Positions 27,348 through 44,749 of a stretch of DNA of 64,000 bases are shown in pieces. A program made the position numbers and the translations under genes. Position 1 is the stretch's first letter, and each line of letters opens with the position of its first letter. This stretch comes from the human T2T-CHM13v2.0 reference genome, Homo sapiens. The DNA lies in the NCBI RefSeq assembly GCF_009914755.1, contig NC_060927.1. One strand, written 5' to 3'. The notes under the pieces are model-generated. The model saw only the letters and a program-made list of their open reading frames with translations, was not told the DNA's origin and did not search any database.

Positions 27348-27990
27348 GTTTTTTGAAATTGTTTATAAAGAATTGATATTAACTTTTCTTTAAAAATCTT
27401 GTAGAATTAGCGGAGAAGCCATCTGGGCCTGGCCTTTTCTTTTCAGGTAATTTTTGGATTACTAATTCAGTCTTTACTTGTTACAGGTCTGTTCATATTG
27501 TCCATTTCTTCTTGAGTCAGTTTCAGTAATTTGTCTTTTTGGGACTTTGTTCATTTCATCTAAGTTATCTAATTTGTTGGTGTACAGTTCTTCATAGCAT
27601 TCCTTTATAATCCTTTTTATTTCTGTAAGGTCAGTGGTAATTTATCCTCTTTCATTTGTGATTCTAGTAATTTGAGTCTGCCCTCTTCTTCTTGGTCAAT
27701 CTAGCTGAAGGTTTGTCAACTTGATTTTTTTTCAACAAACCAGCTTTTTGGTTTAATGGATTTTCTCTATTGTTTTTCTATTTTCTGTTTCTTTAATTTT
27801 TGTTAAAAAGCACAGTGAGATACTATTTCACATCCACTAGAATGGCTAGAATATAAAAATCAGATAGTAAACACTGGAAAGGAAGTGGAAAAATTGGAAA
27901 CCTCATACGTTGCTGGTGGGAATGTCAGCCAAATGTCCATTAACAATGAAATGACTGTGAAATTTGATTTTAAAAAACAATGTGGTTCAT
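27348..27990. mobile_element. Two old L1M fragments in opposite orientation (minus ~27348-27800, plus ~27805-27990)
   Basis: Antisense ORF2 gaagccatctgggcctgg switches to sense cacagtgagatactatttcacatccactagaatggct. Confidence 0.75.
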
Positions 27991-28096
27991 TTTTTTTTAA
28001 AAAAAGGAATAGCTGAGAATGGGAGAGATAAGGTGGCAGATGATAATTGGTAACCAAAGCAGTGAGAGCTTGAATCATGTCTAACACTGGAATTAA

Positions 28097-30095
<1,999 letters not shown>

Positions 30096-31276
30096 CTATA
30101 AGTTGCATGTATGTTTATGCAATAGAAATGAAGTGGCTTTACAACCCTTTTCCTTGATCCCTGGGCTATGTAAGGGGCTCTCAGCCATCAAATAAGGCCT
30201 GCCATGGCTGAGAAAATAGCCAAATTCTTATGACCTCTTTATTCTTTTTATCAACAGGATTTACATCATTATTGCAGAAAACTTACACTAACATTTCCAT
30301 GTAAGGGAATGTTTAAAAACATAGAGCTCTCCCAGTTGTTGAACAAAATGCAGTATTGGCAAGGCCGTGTCCTCAAGGAGGGAAAAGCAAAGTTGGGTTT
30401 TCAGTGTGCTGGAATGCCTAACTCACTAGGACTGAATTTGATTAATCCTGCCCTCTAACTGGATGTTTAAATTTTCATTTTCTTGTCAAAGTAGTACATA
30501 TACATACATTTAAAAGTTGACCAATACAATATTAGGCTTAAAGCAGAAAACAGCAGGTTTCTGAACCACTCTTACCCTTTATCACCAAGCCTCCTCTAAA
30601 TTTGATTTCTTCTGGTATTTAACTTCATGCTTTAAAAAATGTCCTTACCCCACTATTTCTAATTCTTGATTTATCGGGCTTAGATACTGTCTTTTTTGGG
30701 GGCCGGGGGTGGGGGGTGGGGGGGTGGTAATGAATTCTTTTTTTGTTTTGTTTTGTTTTTAATTGCGGTAAAATATAAAATTTACCATTTTAACTGTTTT
30801 AAAGTGTGGAGTTCTTTGGCATTAAGTACTGGTCACATTGTTCTGTAACCATCACCACCATCCATCTCTAGAACTTTTTCTTCTTTCCAGACTGAAACTC
30901 GGTATCCATGTAGCACCAGCTACCATTCCCCTCATTCCCCTAGCCTTTGGCAACCACCATTCTTTCCATGTCTCTGAATTTGACTTCTCTAGGTACCTTA
31001 TGTAAATAGAATCATGTAATTGTCATTCGTTACTGGGCTTATTTCACTTAGTATAATGTCCTCAAGGTTAATCCATGTTGTAGCATGTGTCATATGTTAT
31101 AGTATATGTCAGTTTCCTTCCTTTTTAAGACTAATATTCTACTTATGTATCACATTTTATCTGTTCATCTGTCAGTGGGCATTTGGGTTGCTTCAACCTC
31201 TTGGCTTTGAGGAATGCTGCTGTGAACGTAGGTATACAAGTATCTTGAGTCCCTGCTTTCAGTTATTTTGGGTATA

Positions 31277-31936
<660 letters not shown>

Positions 31937-32221
31937 TATACCCAGAAGTGGAATTGCTGGATCTTAGGTTTCTACATTTGATTTTTGAGAAACTGCTATA
32001 TTGTTTTCCACAGCGGCTGCAACCATGTTACATTCTTACCAGCAGTGCACAAGGGTTCTAGTTTCTCCACATCCTCAACAACACGTTATTTGTTGTTTTG
32101 TTTTTTGATAAAAGCTACCCTAATGGATGTAAAGTGATATTTGATTGTGGTTTTGACTTGCACTTCCCTAATGATTAGTGATGTTGAACAGCTTTTCTTT
32201 TTTTGTTGTTGTTCACATTAA

Positions 32222-32561
<340 letters not shown>

Positions 32562-32593
32562 TAATTAAGAAAAAAAAGTTCTCATTCTCTCTC

Positions 32594-32913
32594 TTTTTTT
32601 TTTCTTTTTCTTTCTTTTTTTTTTTTTTTTCTGAGACAGTGTCTCATTCTGTCACCCAGGCTGGAGTGCAGTGGCATCATTTCGGCTCACTGTAACCTCC
32701 GCCTCCTGGGTTCCAGAGATTCCCATGTCTCAGCCACCTGAATAGCTGGGATTACAGGCGCACACCACCACACCTGGCTAATTTTTGTATTTTTAGTAGA
32801 GACAGAGTTTCACCATGATGGCCAGGTTGGTCTCAAACTCCTAACCTCAAGTGATCCACCTGGCTGGGGCTCCGAAAGTGCTGGATTACAGGCATGAGCC
32901 AGTACACCAGGCT
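32594..32913 (-). mobile_element. Alu SINE
   Basis: Full dimer. Confidence 0.92.
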
Positions 32914-33066
32914 GAGCAGCTTTTCATATGCTAGTTGGCCATTCATATATTTTTGGAGAATGTCTATTCAAGTACTTTCCCACTTTTTAATTGGGTAGTT
33001 TGAGGTTTTTTGTCATTGAGCTGTAGGAATTCTTTATATATTCTGGATATTAAGCCCTTATTAGAT

Positions 33067-33480
33067 TGTAGTAGTCCATTCTTGCATTGCTATAAAGGAA
33101 TACCTGAGGCTGGGTAATTTATAATGAAGAGAGGTTTAATTGGCTCACGGTTCCACAGGCTGTACAGAGAGCACGGCAGCATCTGCTTCTGGGGAGGCCT
33201 CAGAGAGCTTTACTCATGGTGGCAGACAAAGCAGGAGCAGGTGTCTTACATGGCAGGGGCAGGACCAAGAGAGTGGGGGGAGGTGCTACACACTTTTAAA
33301 CAACCAGATCTCATGGTAACTCACTCACTATCATGAGAACAGCACCAAGAGGACGGTCTTAAACCATTCATGAGCACTCCATCCCCATGATCCGATCACC
33401 TCCCATCAGGCCGCACCTCCAGCACTGGGGATTACAGTTTGACATGAGATTGGTTGGGGGAACAGATCCAAACCATATCA
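33067..33480 (-). mobile_element. MST (MaLR) solo LTR
   Basis: tgtagtagtcc...aaaccatatca termini with 5-bp TSD tagat/cagat. Confidence 0.9.
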
Positions 33481-33675
33481 CAGATATATGATTTGCAAGT
33501 ACTTTGTTCCATTCTGTGGGCTGCCTTTCCATTCTCTTCATAGTGTCCTTTGATGTAAAAAAAGTTTTAATTTTGATGAAGTTTAATTTATGTTCTTTCT
33601 TTTGTTGCTTGTACTTTTAGTGTCATAATCAAGAAATTATCGCCAAGTCCAATGTCATGAAGATTTTCCTCTATG

Positions 33676-33968
33676 ATTTTTTTTTGGCAGGGTCTTGCTC
33701 TGTCACTCAGGCTGGAATGCATTGGCACAAACATAGCTTAATCCAGCATAGACTTCCTGGGCTCAAGCAGTTCTCATGCCTCAGCCTCCTGAGTACTGCT
33801 GGGACTACAGGTGTACACTACCATGCCAGGCTAATTTAAAAAAAAAAATTTTTTTTAAAGACAGGGTCTTGCTATGCCGCCCAGGCTGGTCTTGAACTCC
33901 TGGGCTCAAGCAGTTTTCCCACCTTGGCCTCCCAAAGTGCCAGGATTACAAGCATGAGCCACCGTGCA
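33676..33968 (-). mobile_element. AluJ SINE
   Basis: Diverged dimer with ctcctgggctcaag. Confidence 0.9.
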
Positions 33969-34275
33969 TGTCTCCTTATAATTTTAGAGTTTTAGCTCTA
34001 CATTTAGTACTAAATTTTAGAGTTTAGGTCTATGATCCAGTTATACGGTATTGTATAAGGAGTCTGACTTCTTTCTTTTGCATGTGAATATCTAGTTGTC
34101 CCAGAACCATTTGTTAAAAAGACTGTCCTTTCTTCATTGAATGGTCTTGGCATGCTTGTCAACAATCATTTGACATATATTCACAGATTTATTTCTGGCT
34201 CTCTCTCCTTTTTTTTTCCTCTAATATTGGTAAAACCACATAACATAAAATTTACTCTCTTAACCGTTTTTAAGT

Positions 34276-34430
34276 ACGGATGTTCCTTGGTTTACAGTGG
34301 AGCTGCATCCAGGTAAGCCCATCACAAGTTGAAAACATCACAAGTCTGAAATGCATTTTATAACCCAGTAAACCAATCATAAAGTCAAAAAATTACAAGT
34401 CAGATCATCAAGTCAGAGACCGTCTCTGTA
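34276..34430 (+). mobile_element. Short MER47-family MITE
   Basis: TA-flanked cggatgttccttggtttacagtgg...agtcagagaccgtctctg. Confidence 0.65.
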
Positions 34431-35037
34431 TACAGTTCAGTAGTTTAAGTATATTCATACTGTTGTACAACAGATCTTCACAGTTTTTTCATCTTGCTAA
34501 AACTGAAACTCTATACTTATTAAACAGCAACTCCCCAATGCCCCCTTCCCCCACCCTCACAACTGCTCTTCTACTTTCTATGAATTTGACTATTGATAAC
34601 TACTGTAAGAATTATACAGAACCTGTCTTTTTGTGACTGGTTTATTTCACTTAGCATAATATCCTCCCGGTTCAGGCTATTTGTTTGTATGTCTCTCTTT
34701 ATGCCAGTACCACATTGTTTGGATTACTGTAGCTTTGTAGTAAGTTTTGAAATTGGGAAGTACGAGATATCTAACTTTGTTCTTTTTCAAGGTTGTTCTG
34801 GTTGTTCAGGGTCCCTTGAGATTCCATATGAAGGTTAATGGATTTTTCTATTTCTGTAAAATACATCATTGGGGTTTTGACAGGGATTACATTGAGTTTG
34901 TAGATGGCTTTGGATAGTGTTGACTTCATAACAGTATTAAGTCTTTCAATCCATGAACACAGGATGTTTTTCCACTTATTTATGTTGTCTTTAATTTCTT
35001 TCCATGGTGTTTTATAGTTTTCGGTGTATACTTATGG

Positions 35038-35342
35038 TTTTTTTGTTGGTTTTTTTTTTTTTTGAGATGGTCTCACTGTTTCACCCAGGCTGGAGTGCAG
35101 TGGTACAATTTAGGCTCACTGCAACCTCCACTTCACAGGTTCAAGTAATTCTCCTGCCTCAGCCTCCCAAGTAGCTGGGATTACAGGTATGTGCCACCAT
35201 GCCCGGCTAATTTTTGTATTTTTACTAGAGACAGGGTTTCACCATGTTGGCCAGGCTGGTCTTAAACTCCTGACCTCAAGTGATCTGCCCACCTTGGCCT
35301 CCCAAAGTGCTGGGATTACAGGTGTGAGCCTCTGCGTCCAAC
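35038..35342 (-). mobile_element. AluS SINE
   Basis: Full dimer; TSD gtgtatactta. Confidence 0.93.
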
Positions 35343-36373
35343 CAGTGTATACTTACGTTTTAAGTGTATACTTAAATGTTTTAAGAATTTTGCTTCCTTG
35401 GTTAAATTTAATCCTGAACATTTTATTCTTTTTTATGGTATTGTAAGTGGAATTGTTTTCTTAATTTCCCTTATGGGATGTGCATTGTTAGTGTATAGAA
35501 ACGTTACTGATTCTTATTTCTAATAACATGCAGTTTTGCTGAATTTGTTTTATTCTAAAAGTTTTTTGGTCATCTTTAGAGTTGTACATATAAGGTTCTG
35601 TCGTCTGTGAATGAGGGATAATTTTACTTCTTTCTTTCCTCTATGGATGCCTTTTATTTTTCTTGACTAATTGCCCTGGCTAGGACTTCTAGTACAAGTG
35701 GCAAAAGTAGCCATTCTTGTCTTGTTCCTTATCTTAGAGGAAAAGTATTCAGTCTTCTATCAATGAGTGTTTCATTGATGAAACAGGTGGTTTTCATATG
35801 TGACCTTTATTATGTTGAGGTAATTTCCTTCTATTCCTATTTTGTTACGTGTTTTAATCATGAAAGGCTATTGAATTTTGTCAAGTGCTTTTTTCCATCA
35901 GTTCAGAGGATGATGTGTTTTTTTCCGTTCATTCTTTTAATGAGAGGTACGTTACATTGATCAGTTTTCATATGTTGAACCACTCTTGCATTTCTTGGAC
36001 AAACCTCTCTTGGTAATGGTTTGTATTTTTTAATATGCTGCTGAATTCAGTTTGCTAGTATTTTGTTGAGGATTTTTGCACCATTGTCCACAGGGAAGAG
36101 AATAATTTATAGTTTTCTTTTGGTGTCTTTGGCTTTGGTATCAGTGTGATAATACTGGCCTCATGGGAGTTTGGAAATGTTCCCACCTCTTCAGTGTTTC
36201 TAGAAGAGTTTAAGAAGGATTGATGTTAATTCTTCTTTAAATGCTTGGTAGAATTTAGCAGTGAAGCCATGTGGTCCAGGACTTTCCTTTTTTGGAAAGT
36301 TTTTGATTACTTATTCTATCTTCTTACTGGTTATAGGTCTATTTGGATTTTGTTTCTTTTTTAAAAAATATAA

Positions 36374-36512
36374 TTTTTATTTTATTTTATTTCTTTAGAG
36401 ACAGGGTTTCGCCATGTTGCCCGGGCTGACCTCGAACTCCTGGGCTCAGGCAATCTTCCCACCTCCACCTTCCAAAGTGCTGGGATTACAGGCATGAGCC
36501 ACCACACCCAGT
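36374..36512 (-). mobile_element. FLAM_C Alu monomer
   Basis: Left monomer only, with T tail. Confidence 0.85.
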
Positions 36513-38122
36513 CCAGATTTTCTGTTCCTTCATGATGCAGTCCTGGTAGGTTGTGTGTTTCTGAGAATTTGTCCGTTTCATCTAGGTTATCCAGTGTGTC
36601 AGTGTGTAATTGTTCATAGTACTAGTTTATAATCTTTTCTTATTTCTGTTAACATTTGTAATAATGCCCCCACTTTTATTCCCATTAGATGAAGAGACTT
36701 TAGTGTTCGTTCAGTGCCATATACTCCCACATCTCTTCCCTCCCAATAAAATTATATCCTGTTTGTATAAATCGGTGTTCTGGTTATATAATTATGATAC
36801 TATTACAGATACTTCCTAGTGTCTCCAACATAGTTGTAAAACTCTCCAGATACTATTTTCTATTCAAATCAGAAGCATTTTTAGTTTCCTTTTTTTCCTG
36901 TGAAAACATTCCTTCTAAAAGCCTCTGACCTCCTGCTGTAGTCCCTACTGATTGCTCTTTGAACTTACTGTGCACAGCTGTCATCCTTTACTTCTCTCTT
37001 GTTTGGAGTCTTTGTTTTCTTGAGTCTGTCTTCCTTCCTTCCTTTTTTTTTTTTTTTTTTTTTTGATGGACAGCATGCTGTATTAGCTTCCTAGGAAAGG
37101 GTGCATCAGAGGTGATTTTCAAAAATCTTATATGTCTGAACATATTTTCATTTACATTACATGGCTAATTGATAGTTTGATGAGGAATAGAAATCTAAGT
37201 TGAAAATAATTTTACCTCAGAATTTTGAAGGCATCATTTTATTGTCTTCCATTTTCTAGTGTTGCTTTTGTGTATAATAGTCAGTGCCACTGTCATTCCT
37301 TATCTACATGGGTGACCTCTCTTCCTCTCCCTCCCAATCTGGTTGTTAAGATCTTTTCTATTCTGTTCTGAAATATACAGTCATGTCCTGTAGTATATAT
37401 ATTTTTTCATAAATGATACCGTGCACTCAGAGGGTTCTTTCAGTCAAAGTTCATGTCCTCCTGTTCTGGGAAATTGTTTTATGCTAGTTCTTAGATAATT
37501 TCTTCCCTCAGTTTTTTTCTAGTCTCTTTTCAGAACAACTAATTAGTTGGATTTTGGGTCTCTTGAACTAATCCTTTCATTTCCTCTCGTTTTCTCTTGT
37601 GTTTCCATCTGCCTCCAGCTTCTACTTTTAGTGAGATTTCCTGACTTAGAATCTGTCTTCATCACTGACTAGTGCTTGAGTATGTTACTTAATGTCTTTT
37701 GCTAGTTTCTCCAACTGTAGGATTAATTATTGAACTCATTTTAGAGGATTATTGTGAGAATTAAATGACTTACTGCATGTAAAGCATAGCACATAGAAAG
37801 TAATACATTGTGGCAGATGGCTTTCAGCTCTGGCTGTTATTGCTTCTTCAATTTTATTTTCATTTTTGATATCTTATTTTTAATTTTGGGAACTCTTTCT
37901 CCCTCTATTTTTATAGCAACTTTTTCTTCATGGGTACAGTAGCTTGTTGTAATTCTCTTTGAGTGTTAATTGCAGTTTTTTATTCTGTTTAGTTTTCTTC
38001 TTTCTTACATAGTTGCTTTTATCCAAATTCATTTTTGTTTCTTTTAGTTCCTTTCTTTCCTATGGAAGCTTTCCTCAAATGGCTAATGATCCTCATTGTT
38101 GGTCCATATTTAAGAGTAATGT

Positions 38123-38420
38123 AGCCGGGCAAAATGGCTCATGCATATAATCCTAGCACTTTGGGAGGCCGAGGCGGGCGGATTGCCTGAACTCAGGAGT
38201 TCAAAACCAGCCTGGGCAACATGGCGAAACCCCGTCTCTACTAAAATACAAAATATTAGCTGGGCATGGTGGTGTGTGCCTGTAGTCCCAGCTACTCAGA
38301 AGGCTGAGGCACAAGAATTGCTTGAACCCGGGAGGCTGAGATTGTACCACTGCACTCCAGCCTGAGTGACAGAGTGAGACTCTGCCTCAAAAAAAAAAAA
38401 AAAGAAGAAGAAGAAGAAGA
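38123..38420 (+). mobile_element. Alu SINE with A/(GAA)n tail
   Basis: Dimer with a small internal deletion; tail ends aagaagaagaag. Confidence 0.92.
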
Positions 38421-38634
38421 ACAGACTTCAGCTCAGCTGCAGGGAAATATGATCATGCCATTGCACTACAGCCTGGGTGACACAAGAAATAAAAATATTA
38501 AAAAAAAAGAATGAAGGACTTAAAACTGAAAACAAAAACCCCAAAAAAGTGTTTTTGTACATGTGTAAGCCTCATCAGCTAGCTTGATTTTACTGTGGAT
38601 TGATTGGATAAGCACCCACACCGTAAGCTTCAGT

Positions 38635-38975
38635 ACAAATGTTCCTTAACTTGCAGTGGGGTTGTGCCCCAATAAACTCATTATAGCTTGAAAATCTGTT
38701 GAATGCACCTAACCTACAGAACCTCATAGCTTAGTCGAACATACCTTAAACATGCTCAGAACACTTATATTAGCCTACAGTTGGGCAAAATCATGTAACA
38801 CAAAGCCTATTTTATAATAAACTTGAATATCTCATGTAGCATGCTAGTATTAAATACTGTTCTGAAAGTCAAAAACAGAATGGTCATCTAGGTATTTAAA
38901 GCACTGTTTCTACTGAATGTGTATTGCTTTTGTACCATCATAAAGTAAGTTGAACCATTGTAAGTTGAGGACTGT
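38635..38975 (+). mobile_element. MER47A-like Tigger MITE
   Basis: cacctaacctacagaacctcatagcttag...gttgaaccattgtaagttgaggactg. Confidence 0.85.
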
Positions 38976-39779
38976 TCGTCCATAGGTTTCCTTTCTGGAA
39001 ACCTATTCAGTTTTTTCCAGCAAAAATTCTTCAGTTTCCTATCTGCAGGGTACCACATGTCTTGTTGCCAGTCTTTTTGTCCTTGCTTGTTTTAAAACTA
39101 TGGCACAGGGGATAGGGTTGGCAGCATGGGGGTTGGAGGTTCACTTTGCAATACCGATACTTTCACTTGGTTTACTTCTGTGAAAACCGAAGAACAGGGC
39201 CGCCCTCCTTCATATGAAGATGTGTTTGATGTCTCAGGGTCTGGGACCTCTTTGGTTCACTCTTTGGTTCAAGTTATCCACAGACTATACCTCCTTTTTT
39301 CTGCAGTGATATGAGAGGTGGTGGTGATGGTGAGTTTACCTGGCTGTACCACATTCAACCAGTCCTCTGGTTTAGGGCCTGCTTCTCAACCCAGGTTTCT
39401 GTGGGACCAGGGGCTGAGCCTTTCCAAGGTTCTGGGGTGAAAATTAGCTTGCTTCTCATTAATATCCCCCCATAGTCATTTGGGGCTTTGTCCATTTTCC
39501 TAAATTAGTTTCCACTTCATCATCTGCTTTCTGTCCTCCAAAAGTATGTCAGCATCTGTGATCCACTATATCTCCTTGACTATTCTTTTTGTCTTTGTGG
39601 GTTTGTACATTTTTGTTTTTGTTCCTTTACTCATTGTTTAAGGTGGCTTGGTAAAGGGATAGAGATAAATGCGTGAGTATTTTCTGTACTTAACTGGAAT
39701 TCAGGGAAAGTATTACTATTAGTAAACCAAATTGAAATTGTTCATTGATGGACTGCAAGGTATTCCAGAAATATTTCAT

Positions 39780-40340
39780 TAATGTATCCATTCAGCAACT
39801 GTTTAAGGAGTGCTTACTGTGTACTAGGCATTGTTATAGTTTTCAAGATAAATATTCTGTTCGCATGAAGCTTTTATTCTATCAGGAAACAGACAATAAA
39901 CAGCTAAACAAAAATAAAATGTGAAGAGAGCAGTAAATGCTATAAAGAAAAGGGAAGGGATCAAAAGTGACAGGAATTACTGTCTAAGCACATTCAGGGA
40001 GATTTTTTTCTGAGGGCAACATTTAAACAGAAACCTGAATGAAGTGAGAGAATTATTTGCGTGAGTGTCTGGGGGTTGGGGGTTACAGAGGTGGGGAACA
40101 CTCCAGACAGGGAAGAAGTGGAGGAGCATGCTTGGTACAATAAAGGAATAATGAAGAGTCCTGTGTGGCAGCAGTGCAGGGAGGGAGGGAGGAAGAAGGT
40201 CATAGGAGATGAGGTCAGAGTGGGAGGTGCGGCCAGATCATTCTGGGTATTATAGGCCATGGTCAAGAGTTTGTATTTTATTTCACATAAAATATATTTT
40301 GGGGAGGTATTGGAGAGTTTTCAGCAAGAGAATGACCTAT
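39780..40340 (-). mobile_element. L2 fragment
   Basis: cattcagcaac...gagtgcttactgtgtactaggcattg...ggagatgaggtcagag. Confidence 0.8.
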
Positions 40341-40609
40341 CTTTGGGGGTTGAATCACAAGCCTACCGATAATGTAAACTGCCACAGTCAGTTCCTGCCC
40401 TGACAGACCAAGCTCTCTTCCTTGATGGTGGGCAAATTTGGGGTTGCTCCCTATTTTAAAACCATTGCCACCCGTAGTCCCCACTGTAGAATTTCCTTAG
40501 GTGGCCATATTATATACTACGTGAACTCTGGCTTCCTTGGTTTTATACCTCATGGGCTGAGTTGTTAAGATTCCTACTCTTTTCCGGCATTGGGGTTGGG
40601 GGTGTTAGG

Positions 40610-40902
40610 GAACAGGGTCTCACTCTGTCACCTAGGCTGAAGAGCAGAGGTGTGATCACAGCTCACTGTAACCTTGAACTGCTGGGCTCAAGCAGTCCTC
40701 CCGCCTCAGCCTTCCAAGGAGCTAGGATTACAGGTGTGCACCATGACCCAGCTAATTAAAAAAAAAAAAAAAATGTTTTTTTGGTAGAGACAGGAACTCA
40801 CTATGTTGTACAGGCTGCTCTCAAACTCCTGGCCTCAAGCCATTCTCCTGCCTCGGCCTCCCAAAGTGTTAGGATTATAGGTGTGAGCTGTCGTGCCCAG
40901 CC
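40610..40902 (-). mobile_element. AluJ SINE
   Basis: Diverged dimer with no T tail. Confidence 0.9.
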
Positions 40903-41621
40903 TAAAATTCTTACTCTTAAGAATGGGAAAGCAAGTGCTTCTACTATTATGTGATACATGTATTTCTGAAAAGTCTCGTACTTCTACCCACTAAAAATAA
41001 GAAAGCCACATGGAAAAATGGGGCTTGGAATAGACCAGAGAACTAACAAAAATAATAACAGTCCTAATAAAAATACTAGTTAAATACCTAGTTAACAAAA
41101 CATGTTAAATTCCTAATAAACAGAGTAAATACAGGATTTCATCTTAAAAATGAAGTGAAGGTAGCTTTATGGCAGGGGTTGTGAAGAAAGGTTAACGATG
41201 CTGAGTAATTGCATAAATGGATAAAGCTTTGGGAGAAATGCATAAAGATAGAGGGGAACCATGCAATGAGCATTTTCAAGACAGCACACGGCCAGACTGA
41301 GAAAAGAGGAAGAACCTGGTTGAATAGGCATCATGTGTGACACGGTTCCCTGTAGCTTTCTGGCCAGTATACTTTGCATTCTGTGGCTGTTACTTAGTGA
41401 TACAAAGCATTAAGGAATTGGGAGCTATCACCTGTGAATCAGACTGATTTCTACTGTTACACTGGCATCAGGTCTCTATTGACAATTTTATAGAATCAAA
41501 TTCACGTTGCAGAACTAACTTTGCAACAGATCATACCATAGTAACAATAATAGCTATTAAACTTTGTGCCTTGGCACTGCTAAACACTGTACATATATCA
41601 TCCTATTTAGTCTTAACATAA

Positions 41622-42541
<920 letters not shown>

Positions 42542-42770
42542 CTGTCGCCCAGGCTATAGTACAACGACAGGGTTGTAGCTCACTGCAGCCTCACTCTTGG
42601 GCTCAAGCAGTCCTTCCACCTCACCCTTCCAAGTAGCTAGGACTACAGGTGTGCGCCACCATACCCAGCTATTTATTTACTTATTTAGTATTGTAGAGAT
42701 GGGTTCTTGCTATGTTGCCCAGAGTGGTCTGCAACTCCTGGGCTCAAGCAGTTGTGAGCCACTGTGCCCA
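42542..42770 (-). mobile_element. AluJ lacking its 3' tail
   Basis: Starts abruptly at ctgtcgcccagg against the LTR terminus. Confidence 0.85.
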
Positions 42771-43900
42771 TTCTAAATTTTTAAATTAGCTTGTTAGGGT
42801 TATACACATATGGAAACAAAAACCTGCTGACTGCTGACTTTTCAGAGTTGGAATTGCAAATACTTAAATGAATCAATTTAGAGAGAGTTGATCTCTTCAT
42901 CATATTGAGTCTTCCGATCCATCATGGAAAATCTTTCAATTTATTTAAGTTTTCTTTGATTTTTTTTCTGCAAAAATTAAGCACGTCTTTATTTCCCAAT
43001 GTTTTATGTTCTATGATGCTATTTATAAATATCTTATTGAAATTTTATTTTCTCTCACTGGTATATAGAAATGTAAATGATTTTGTTTATAGATTTTTTT
43101 AACAATCTTGCTCTTACGAATTCTAATAAATTCATTTAGATTTTTATGTTATCTATGATTTAATGACAGTCTTATCTTTTTCTTTCTAATCCTTATGTTT
43201 TTGTCTTGACTTATTCTGGCAGAGAGCTCCAGTACAGTGTTGAATGGAAGTGTTGATAGCAGGCATCCTTGCCTTGTTCCTCATCTTAAAAGGAATGATT
43301 TCAACAATTTGCTATGAGCCTTTATTCGATTAAGGACATTGGAATAAAAGTTGTTATATTCAGCAAATACTGAATTTTATCAAATGCTATTTTTAAAAAT
43401 TTTTTTAATTTTTAATTTTGTGAATACATAGTAGGTGTATATATTTGTAGGGTGCATGAGATATTTTGGTACAAGTATACAATGCATAATAATTACATCA
43501 GGGTAAATGGGATATCCATTACCTCAAGCATTCATCATTTCTTTGTGTTATGAACATTCCAGTTGTACTCCCTCAGTTATACTGAAATGTACAACTTATT
43601 GCGGACTGTAATTACGCTGTAGTGCTATCAAATATTAGATCTTATTTATTGTATCTAACTATATTTTGTACCCATTAACCATCCCCGCCACTACCCTTCC
43701 TAGCCTCGGATAACCATCATTCCATTCTCTATCTCCATGAGTTCGATTGTCAGATGCTCTTTTTTTTTATGATCTGAGATGATCATATGATTTCTCTTTT
43801 TTGATCAGGTAATGTGAATTAGCTTGACTTTGTAATATTAAACCCATCTTGTATTCTGCAGTTAATCTCAACTTGATAGGTTAATCTGGATTATACTCTT

Positions 43901-43902
<2 letters not shown>

Positions 43903-43936
<34 letters not shown>
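43903..43936. repeat. (CA)n microsatellite
   Basis: About 17 CA units. Confidence 0.95.
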
Positions 43937-43937
<1 letters not shown>

Positions 43938-44217
43938 TCTTAGTTTGCTAACATTTTGTTTAGGGATTTTGCATCTGTGTTCATGAGTGAGATTAACTTT
44001 TAATTTTTCTTAAATTTATGCTAGCCTCATAAAATGAGTTGGGAGAAGGTTCCCTTTTCTCCTCCCTCCTATAATAATGTATATAAAATGAGAATTATTT
44101 GGTCCTTAAATGCTTATAGAACACACCAGTAAAACTGTTGGTGCCTGGAAAAATTTTTAACTACTGATAGAATTTCTTTAATGGTTAAGACTATTCGGAT
44201 TTTTTAGTTGTGATTGA

Positions 44218-44749
<532 letters not shown>

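Larger units (their letters stand above)
36850..39700 (-). mobile_element. Ancient HAL1/L1ME-like fragments, patchy
   Basis: T-rich; gatagtttgatgaggaatagaaatctaagttgaaaataatttt...gaattttgaaggcatc is typical of ancient L1/HAL1. Confidence 0.55.

Noticed and set aside
35024-35385. Three copies of gtgtatactta
   Set aside because: Alu TSD plus local slippage duplication
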